Positions 1-6,269 of a DNA stretch of 6,444 nucleotides are shown piece after piece (position 1 is the first letter of the stretch; each line of letters begins with the position of its first letter). The stretch spans positions 1 to 6,444 of the forward strand of contig NW_021828131.1 in the NCBI RefSeq assembly GCF_006345805.1, read 5' to 3'. Below the pieces are notes generated by a model, which saw nothing but the letters and a program-made list of their open reading frames with translations, did no database searches and was not told the DNA's origin. The DNA comes from Octopus sinensis (Eukaryota). Made by a program: the position numbers and the translations under genes.

Positions 1-11
1 TTCAACAAAAT

Positions 12-49
12 CTGTTACTCTGAGTTTCTCGTTGCCGTTCATCAGACAG
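12..49 (-). ncRNA. Type I hammerhead ribozyme, family A
   Basis: Minus strand reads CTGT-CTGATGA-A-CG-GCAA-CG-A-GAA-ACTC-A-GAGT-A-ACAG. Helix I is CTGT/ACAG, core is CUGAUGA + GAAA, helix II is GNRA-capped, helix III is near-palindromic, and the cleavage triplet is GUA. Confidence 0.8.
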
Positions 50-63
50 TTTTTTGCTAGAAA

Positions 64-100
64 CTGTCTGATGAACGCAACGAGAAACTCAGAGTAACAG
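64..100 (+). ncRNA. Type I hammerhead ribozyme, family A (1-nt deletion in helix II/loop)
   Basis: CTGT CTGATGA ACGCAACGA GAAACTCAGAGTA ACAG; identical to 5543-5580 except for one missing G. Confidence 0.7.
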
Positions 101-208
101 ATTTTGTTGAATTTTCTGCTGCTTAAAATAAAGCATATTACTCTACCACTGGTATTTGAGTACTCTTTTTGCCACCTTGTTTCACATTATGTGTTTACTC
201 CGGTATCT

Positions 209-211
209 TAT

Positions 212-271
<60 letters not shown>
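209..271. repeat. (TA)n microsatellite
   Basis: Direct reading; imperfect TA run. Confidence 0.95.
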
Positions 272-451
272 AGATAAATAGGATAATAGCGATTTATACC
301 CAGTTTTATTAAGCAGTTAATTACTTATTTTCGTTCCTGCACCTACACATGTTTCTGCAACAATTAACTAATGCACACTGCAAAATTTATATCGTTATAT
401 GCACTTATTCTTAGTTGTCGCTTCTTCAGGGTGGATTAAAACGCATTCTTC

Positions 452-452
<1 letters not shown>
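272..452 (-). mobile_element. Probable solo pseudo-LTR of a second PLE family (B)
   Basis: ~180-bp island bounded by (TA)n on both sides and containing a minus-strand hammerhead. No ORF is attached, so the PLE assignment is inferred. Confidence 0.55.
340..433 (-). ncRNA. Type I hammerhead ribozyme with long helix II, family B
   Basis: Minus strand reads CACC-CTGAAGA-A-GCGACAACTAA...TTAATTGTTGC-A-GAA-ACATGTGT-A-GGTG. Helix I is CACC/GGTG, the base of helix II pairs 10 of 11, helix III is self-complementary, and the triplet is GUA. Confidence 0.75.

Positions 453-458
<6 letters not shown>

Positions 459-498
<40 letters not shown>
459..498. repeat. (TA)n microsatellite
   Basis: Direct reading. 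Confidence 0.95.
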
Positions 499-719
499 CG
501 GGGTGGGGAGCGCTGAAAAGTTCCTGGCTTTAAGGGTATTGTGAAAGGCCTACTTGGAGGCCCAACTTTCCGACCTCTTCTACAGGTCTTAGGAAAACTG
601 AAGGACCCCTGCAATAAGTGTGTGAATTTGAGAGAAGAATACGTTGAATAAATTCATAAGTAAGTGATCACCCCGTATTTTCTTTTACCCAAACCCAGGG
701 ACTTTTCAGATCCCTTTCG
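499..719 (+). mobile_element. Tc1/mariner-derived non-autonomous element (MITE)
   Basis: TIR core CTGAAAAGTTCCTGGCTTT (513-531) matches the reverse complement of 691-709 at 17/19. Both ends are TA-CG...CG-TA with a TA target duplication (497-498, 720-721). 595-651 translates KLKDPCNKCVNLREEYVE*, resembling the mariner transposase C-terminus (KLxxRWxKCxxxxGxYVE). Confidence 0.85.
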
Positions 720-727
720 TAAATTTG

Positions 728-804
728 TTGACCTAGGCGGGATTTGAACTCAGAATGTATTGGTATGAAAGTAAATGCTATCATACATTTCGTCCGTCAC
801 TCTA
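728..804 (-). mobile_element. Degenerate tRNA-derived SINE 5' head fragment
   Basis: Minus-strand B-box GAGTTCAAATCCC (739-751). Shares the GTTGAC...ATTTGAACTCAG layout with 6270-6372. Confidence 0.55.
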
Positions 805-922
805 TGTCTCATTTCTTCTGTTGAAAAAAAAAATAAAAGAGCAAAGCAAAATAAAACAATAAAGATATTATTTCAATTAAACAAGGTAAAATAAAAACGG
901 AAAGACAGATAAGGACACACCT

Positions 923-1473
923 AGAGAGAGAGGGAGAGAGGGAGAGAGGGAGAGAGAGAGAGAGGGAGAGAAAAGAGTAAGAGAGGGAGAGAGGGAGAGA
1001 GAGAGGGAGAGAGAAAGATTAAGTGAGAGAGAGAGGGAGAGAGAAGAGTAAGAGAGGGAGAGAGGGAGAGAGAGAGGGAGAGAGAAAGATTAAGTGAGAG
1101 AGAGAGGGAGAGAGAAGAGTAAGAGAGAGAGGGAGAGAGAGTAAGAGTAAGAGAGAGAGGGAGAGAGAAGAGTAAGAGTGAGAGAGGGAGAGAGAAAGAG
1201 TAAGAGAAAGAGAGAATGGCGAAAGAGAGAATGGAGAGGAAGGGCCTGGAGAGAGAGGTTGAAGAACTGTTGGAAAGAAAGTGGAGAGAAGGAAGAAAGA
1301 GAGAGGTTGTATATACAGAAAGGGATAGGGTGCAGAGAAAGAGACAGAGAAAGTGGAGAGAAAGAGTGAGTGTGTAGAGGGAGAGAGTGAAGAAAGACAG
1401 GGTGGGGAGAGAGAGACGATGGAAAGAAAAAAAAGAGAAGGTGGAGAAAGAGAGAAAGACAGGGTGGAGAGAG
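923..1473. repeat. GA-rich polypurine micro/minisatellite with higher-order repeats
   Basis: Nearly pure A/G from 923 to ~1215, then a degenerate GA-rich tail. Motifs GAGAGGGA and AAGAGTAA recur, and AAAGATTAAGTG occurs at 1014 and 1085. Confidence 0.9.
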
Positions 1474-2280
1474 ATTTTATTCTGTGAAATAAATTTACGC
1501 CCAAATTATCACCCCAATTAGTAAAAAAAGACGGTTTATTTTCCTTTATGTTTATTTGTTTTTAGTAAAATAATAATAAAAAAAAATAAACTTGGTAGTA
1601 TTTTTATGGTAATTAGTGCGGATAATGGCAGTTGTTGGGTTAACGTTAACGTAATTCCTGCTAATGTTTTGGACAGCACACAGAGTGGTACTGACATAAA
1701 CGAAAAGGAAAACAAGAAAAAAGAAGTCTCTACAAAAACAACATTAAAAAGAAAAACAGTAGTTTCTGAAGAACAACGTAAAAATAAAGAAAAGCAGTTT
1801 CGCATCCATGTTCCAGCCTCCACTTAAACACACTCACGTAAAACAAAAACAACAAGAATACATAATGATAATAAAAGTCACAAGCAAAAAAATAATAAAA
1901 AAGAGAAAAGAAAAATAATTATCGTAAAATATATATTTCATCTTTTCATAAATAAAAGAGATGGTAGTGTTGGTGTGACGGCCCTTAAACGAGGTTGCAA
2001 GGTGAAAGAAGAAACGATTGACCCTTCTCTAATTCTCTAGGCGAAACCCGAAGCCCCCAAAATTTCTCAATCAAACCAAAAAAAAAAACAAAAACAAAAA
2101 CAAAACACATACACAAGAGTAGTGAACTAACTAATTAAATAAAAATACACCATTTTTAAAAGATTGCAATTAAAAAACAAAGAATTAAAACAAATCAAAA
2201 AGAGCGTAGAAATCAGCGAATCAAAAGCGATGAGACGAAAATGAAATTAATTATAATACAAATTTTTAATTAGATTAGAT

Positions 2281-2647
2281 CATGGCTCTCCGTCGGTTGC
2301 GACGACTAGAGTTCCAGTTGATCCGATCAACGGAACAGCCTGCTCTGGGAAGTAACGCGCAAGTGGCTGAGCACTTTACATACACGTGTACCCTTAATGT
2401 AGTTCTCAGGGAGATTCAGCGCGACAAAGCTGACCCCTTTAAATACAGGTACAACAGAAACAGGAAGGCGTGAGAGAAAGTTGTGGTGAAAGAGGACAGC
2501 AGGGTTCGCTACCACTCCGTGCAGGAGCTTCGTGGAAATTTTCGTCTTTTCGTCAATAAACACTCACAACGCCCGGTCTGTGAATCGAAACCGCGATCCT
2601 AATACCGCGAGTCCGTTGATCTAATCACTGGGCCATTGCGCCTCCAT
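2281..2647 (-). mobile_element. Near full-length tRNA-derived SINE with target-site duplication
   Basis: Minus 5' end GGAGGCGCAA-TGGCCCAGTGAT (A-box-like, 2624-2635) followed by GGTTTCGATTC (B-box, 2582-2592). Flanked by ATTAGATTAGAT (2269-2280) and ATTAGATTCGAT (2648-2659), an 11/12 match. The 3' half is homologous to 2814-2979. Confidence 0.85.
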
Positions 2648-2813
2648 ATTAGATTCGATATTGCTTGAGACTAAAGACCGCCTTAAGAATGCAGGTAACA
2701 GTCTTCATGCCTTTCCACAACGCGTAAACAAAGAGGTTTGTTGACGGCCACGGTGAATCCTTCGTTCAGTTTCACAATGGACATTCGGCTGTTCTGTCAT
2801 TTGAATATCCTAC

Positions 2814-3011
2814 TGGTACTCCGTCGGTTTCGACGACGAGTGTTCCAGAGGTATCGTGGAATTTAACGTACAAGTGGTTGAGCACTCCACAGCCAGGCGT
2901 ACCCCTAACGTAGTTCTCAAGGAGATTCAGCGTGACACAGAGTGTGACAAGGCGAGGCCTTTCGAATAACACGTACAACTCATTTTTGCCACCTGAGTGG
3001 AATCGGAGTAA
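2814..3011 (-). mobile_element. 5'-truncated SINE sharing its 3' module with 2281-2647
   Basis: Aligns with 2283-2455 (CTCCGTCGGTT.CGACGAC, CAAGTGG.TGAGCACT, GTAGTTCTCA.GGAGATTCAGCG.GACA), then diverges into TCATTTTTGCCACCTGAGTGGA. Confidence 0.8.
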
Positions 3012-3050
3012 TTATATATACTCAACCCACCCATCCACACAAGTGTGTGA

Positions 3051-3110
3051 ATATACATAAATACATACGTACATACATACATATATACATATATACATAC
3101 ATACATACAT
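3051..3110. repeat. (TACA)n/(TA)n microsatellite
   Basis: Direct reading. Confidence 0.9.
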
Positions 3111-3150
3111 GTTAGTAAGGAGAGACACAAATAAGAAAGAAGAAAACAAA

Positions 3151-3195
3151 GGACCACTGATGCGGTCACAGGAGTGTGACGAAAGAACTCTGGCC
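3151..3195 (+). ncRNA. Hammerhead-like motif with variant core (CUGAUGC), family C
   Basis: GGA-CCA-CTGATGC-G-GTCACA-GGAG-TGTGAC-GAA-AG-AA-CT-C-TGG-CC. Helix I is CCA/TGG plus GG/CC, a perfect 6-bp helix II abuts GAAA, helix III is 2 bp, and the triplet is CUC. A9 is replaced by C. It lies in the microsatellite-bounded island 3111-3323. Confidence 0.55.
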
Positions 3196-3323
3196 GAAAT
3201 AAGATTAAGATTAATGTAAAATAAATAACACTGAAGCAAAAAACACCACAATATAGTGCTGTGTTTTTATTGGCTAAGCTGGCAAAATGACCATTCCAAA
3301 ATATAAAAATAAATAATAAATAA

Positions 3324-3359
3324 TATATACATATATTTATACTATCATAACATACATAT

Positions 3360-3393
<34 letters not shown>

Positions 3394-3452
3394 ATACACA
3401 CACAGCACACACACACATATATATACATACACATACATACATAGATACATAC

Positions 3453-3506
<54 letters not shown>

Positions 3507-3520
3507 ATTATATATATATA
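3324..3520. repeat. Compound (TA)n/(CA)n/(TACA)n microsatellite
   Basis: Direct reading. Confidence 0.95.
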
Positions 3521-3648
3521 TACCGGAGTAAACACAAAATGTGAAACAAGGTGGAAAAAAAAAGAGTACCAAATACCAGTGGTAGAGTAATATGCTTTAT
3601 TTTAAGCAGCAGAAAATTCAAAAAATCTGTTACTCTGAGTTTCTCGTT
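3521..3648 (-). repeat. Inverted partial pseudo-LTR (family A), broken inside the hammerhead
   Basis: Reverse complement of ~78-205 with a few indels. It retains GAAACTCAGAGTAACAG but lacks CTGATGA. Confidence 0.9.
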
Positions 3649-4535
3649 AGCAAAGATTCGAACCATCCACCAGTTATCCTTAGCAACTTAGTCAGCAATG
3701 TAGGTAGAAGAATATCTCAATTTCTTCGGACGAGGCAGTTTCCATAATGCTGCACCTTATTACGATAGCGCATTAAAGAATAGTGGATTCTCGGAGAAGA
3801 TCCAGTTCAACCAGCTTAATGCTAATAATAATGCTGCACGAAGAACTAGGACCAGGAAAAGTTTTGTGGTTCAACCCGGCTTTCAATTGGCCGTAAAGAC
3901 TAATATAGGTAAGGAATTTTTGAGATTAGTCTCTAAGCATTTTAAGCAGGGTCATAAATTCTACAGAATATTTAATAGAAGAACCCTGAAGGTTAGCTAT
4001 TCTTGTTGCAGAAATTTCGCCTCTTACATTAGCCAACATAATAGGAAGCTAATTGAGATTAGACATGGTGCCGAGCCCATTAAGAAATGTAATTTCAAAA
4101 ACGAAAGCTCCTGTCCGTTAGAAGGGAAATGTCTAGTGAAAGGAGTAGTTTATGAGCCAAGGTGCAAGTGGAAGGCTCATCGGAATACAAGACACACAGG
4201 GGCTTCAGAAAATTCATTAAAACAAGATTTTATTCTCATAAGAATTCTTTTAAATACCCAGAGAATAGGAAGAAAACCAGCCTAGCAAAATATGTCTGGG
4301 AACTAAAAGAAAAGAAGCCCCACCTTTCAACGTGACATGGAGCATTCTGGACAGGGCGGCACCATACAGGCATGGAGCTTACAAATATAATTTCAAGTGC
4401 AAGCTTTGCTTATTAGAAAAAATGCACATATTATTCAAAAGACAATAATTCTTTGAATCAAAGAAGTGAGTAATGAACTTATGTAGGCACGCGGCTAAAT
4501 TTAAAATGTCGAATATAAATATACCATATGGATAG
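3646..4535 (+). pseudogene. Frameshifted C-terminal part of PLE protein: RT thumb, Cys-rich linker, GIY-YIG endonuclease
   Basis: Joining frames by hand gives VSKDSNHPPVILSNLVSNVGRRIS..SSDEAVFHNAAPYYDSALKNSGF..RTRKVLWFNPAF..VKTNIGKEFLRLVSKHF..IFNRRTLKVSYSC..CNFKNESSCPLEGKCLVKGVVYE..GASENSFKTRFYSHKNSF..TSLAKYVWELK..VTWSILDRAAPY..CKLCLLEKMHIL..LNQRSELMNLCRHAAKF..YG* (TAG 4533-4535). About ten frameshifts are needed. It includes the supplied ORF 3866-4285. Confidence 0.9.
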
Positions 4536-5542
4536 AGTATATATTTTGTATTTTGATTTTTGATTTTTGATTTTGACTCTTAAGCGCTACGACGGATCTA
4601 TAGCAAAGTCTTATTGTTTCTACATATATATTAGGAAAAACCTACAAACTTTGTTTTCATGTTATTGTATTGCATAGGATTACCTTGATTATTTATATTA
4701 CCTTGATTACTTATAAATGACCCAAAATAGGATGTTATATTTTATTTTATATGTCTTTCGTATATATTTTTATTAATGCACCCATTTTTTAAAAGCAATG
4801 TTTTTTTTAAAAAAGCAATGTTGTCAAATTTAGAATGTTTATATAAGTTTGTGTGTATAGCAAAATAGTATTTGTAAGCATGCGTATCTGTGTATGTGTA
4901 AGTGAAAGTATGCTTGTGCTTAAGCACGCATACACACGACGGTATGTATATGTATCAATTCAAATTGTGTATGTATACTGGCCTCTATAGATGCCAATAA
5001 TATCGCTACAAGTTTTTCCCCACCCCTCCCTCGTTCCTTTTTCTCTCTTTCCCTTTCTTTCGTTCCCCCTCCTTGCTCAGTATATGAGAATTGCTACATA
5101 GATGAATTTTAGCTTGCGTGCGAGACGGTTTGCGTGAATAATGTACACATGCTTTTATGTATAATTTAGATTCATATTCATACGTCTGTATATGTATGTA
5201 TGGCGTTTACGCGCATCCTTTTGTGTGTATGTTATATATATGTGGATTTTAATATAAATATGTATTGCAGTATTTATAACAGGTTTAATTTCTATGCATT
5301 AATTTGTACTGTCTTCATTAACGGCAATAGGTTTTTTCCTCGGTTTTTCCTCGGATTTTATAATTTTTTAAATTTTATAAGTTTTTTTATATATATATAC
5401 ATATATTTTGACCTTTTTGTTTATCGCTCGAAGATTGACCGTTTTTTCTAAAGGGCAATCAAACAAGTCCATTTCTTTTTAAAGGTGTAGCGTTTGTAAG
5501 AGTATAGATTGAATTGATATATATGTTCCATTCTAGCAAAAA

Positions 5543-5580
5543 CTGTCTGATGAACGGCAACGAGAAACTCAGAGTAACAG
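5543..5580 (+). ncRNA. Type I hammerhead ribozyme, family A, at the PLE 3' terminus
   Basis: CTGT CTGATGA A CG GCAA CG A GAA ACTC A GAGT A ACAG. Helix I extends as TAGCAAAA(A)CTGT / ACAG(A)TTTTGTTG. Predicted cleavage is after A5576. Confidence 0.85.
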
Positions 5581-5613
5581 ATTTTGTTGAATTTTCTGCT
5601 GCTTAAAATAAAG

Positions 5614-5650
<37 letters not shown>
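5614..5650. repeat. (TA)n microsatellite
   Basis: Direct reading. Confidence 0.95.
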
Positions 5651-5711
5651 ATAATCACCGTTCTGTGAGAGCAGCAGATTGCTAGAAATGAATGTCAAAG
5701 AACTCTTTAGC

Positions 5712-5747
5712 CACAAAAGCACAAAAGCACAAAAGCACAAAAGCACA
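5712..5747. repeat. Tandem octamer (CACAAAAG)x4.5
   Basis: Perfect units start at 5712, 5720, 5728 and 5736, followed by CACA. Confidence 0.95.
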
Positions 5748-5781
5748 TGACAGGGGAGACAACCTCTCTACTGCACTCGAG

Positions 5782-5838
5782 AGGCCTTAGACTGTCATGT
5801 CAATTTCGCATGAAATTTAATGGTCATCAGTAATACCT
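5782..5838 (-). ncRNA. Candidate type I hammerhead ribozyme, family D
   Basis: Minus strand reads AGGTATTA-CTGATGA-C-CAT-TAAATTTC-ATG-C-GAA-ATTG-ACATGA-CAGT-C-TAAGGCCT. Helix I pairs 7 of 8, helix III is 4 bp and quasi-palindromic, and the triplet is GUC. There is a C.C mismatch at the base of helix II. Confidence 0.5.
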
Positions 5839-6089
5839 GCTCCATTGCGGGTGGTGAAGCTAAATTCTACCCCGTCAGTATATGCATAGATTTTACTATA
5901 CGAATTAATGATTTCTCTCTTGTCTGTAAATAGAAAATGTGCTTATATGGCTAAATAGTTCTTTGACTTTTATTTCTAGCGATGCTTCCTGCTCCCTGCA
6001 GCGTTCGTCACATTTTAGTGACGATGAATTATTTCCTATTTGGTTTTGAATTGCATCTAGCCACCTTCTTTATTTAATATATATTTATA

Positions 6090-6257
6090 TATCTTGGACT
6101 TTCCTCTGTCTCCTGTTTCTGAAGAAGAGCTTTGCTTGAAACGTAAAAGTACCTTTCTTTCCTTTCCTGAGCGTCTGTTAATACTTTGCAAGTATCCCGT
6201 CCTCGTGTTGCTACTTTTTTCCTGTGTTTTTTCTTCATTTTTTCTTTGATTAATTAA
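6090..6257 (+). mobile_element. Probable solo pseudo-LTR of another PLE family (E); boundaries approximate
   Basis: Minimal hammerhead followed by T-rich sequence ending at (TA)n 6258-6270, with a TA-rich stretch upstream (6076-6092). The assignment is inferred. Confidence 0.45.
6116..6148 (+). ncRNA. Minimal type I hammerhead ribozyme, family E
   Basis: TTT-CTGAAGA-A-GAGC-TTT-GCTT-GAA-ACGT-A-AAA. The core is intact, helix III is a loop-less ACGT palindrome as in PLE minimal hammerheads, and helix I is a weak 3 bp. Confidence 0.65.
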
Positions 6258-6269
6258 ATATATATATAT

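Larger units (their letters stand above)
1..206. mobile_element. Head-to-head inverted pair of PLE pseudo-LTR fragments (family A); left arm runs off the window
   Basis: 1-52 is the reverse complement of 61-111 except for one missing G at ~77. 78-206 matches the reverse complement of 3520-3648, and 61-133 matches 5540-5613, the 3' end of the PLE. The right arm ends at CCGGTAT just before (TA)n. Confidence 0.85.
3521..5613 (+). mobile_element. 5'-truncated Penelope-like retroelement with inverted partial pLTR at its 5' end, inserted in (TA)n
   Basis: Inverted pLTR piece (3521-3648), ORF remnant (3646-4535), AT-rich 3' region, and hammerhead-bearing terminus (5531-5613), with (TA)n on both flanks. 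That 4536-5530 belongs to the element is inferred from the bracketing repeats. Confidence 0.85.

Noticed and set aside
1019-1504. 161-aa Leu/Ser-rich ORF (-) and 63-aa Arg/Glu-rich ORF (1178-1369, +)
   Set aside because: Translations of the GA/TC low-complexity tract.
1639-1650. 12-bp palindrome GTTAACGTTAAC
   Set aside because: A simple hexamer duplication with no supporting context.
1766-1800. CTGAAGA...GAAA hammerhead-like core
   Set aside because: Helices I and II cannot be formed, so this is a chance match. It serves as a contrast to the accepted motifs.
1536-1827. Overlapping 95-aa (-) and 73-aa (+) ORFs, including a faint cadherin-like VISADNG..VNVNV
   Set aside because: A-run-driven composition, no convincing domain motif or splice context.
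2575-2645. Possible tRNA gene (A and B boxes)
   Set aside because: No proper cloverleaf, and it continues into a SINE body bounded by a TSD.
2282-2978. Short ORFs 2282-2473, 2327-2563 and 2772-2978
   Set aside because: They lie within SINE copies, and their mutual similarity reflects the repeat.
3231-3268. CTGAAGC followed by the hairpin AAAAACAC...GTGTTTTT
   Set aside because: No GAAA or helix I/III follows, so it is not a hammerhead.
2927-3535. 202-aa and 79-aa Tyr/Ile/Val/Cys-rich ORFs
   Set aside because: Microsatellite translations.
4543-4822. Short tandem duplications (TTTTTGA)n, ATTACCTTGATT x2 and TTTTTAAAA(AA)GCAATG x2
   Set aside because: Ordinary slippage duplications in an AT-rich 3' region; not a CRISPR-like or regularly spaced array.
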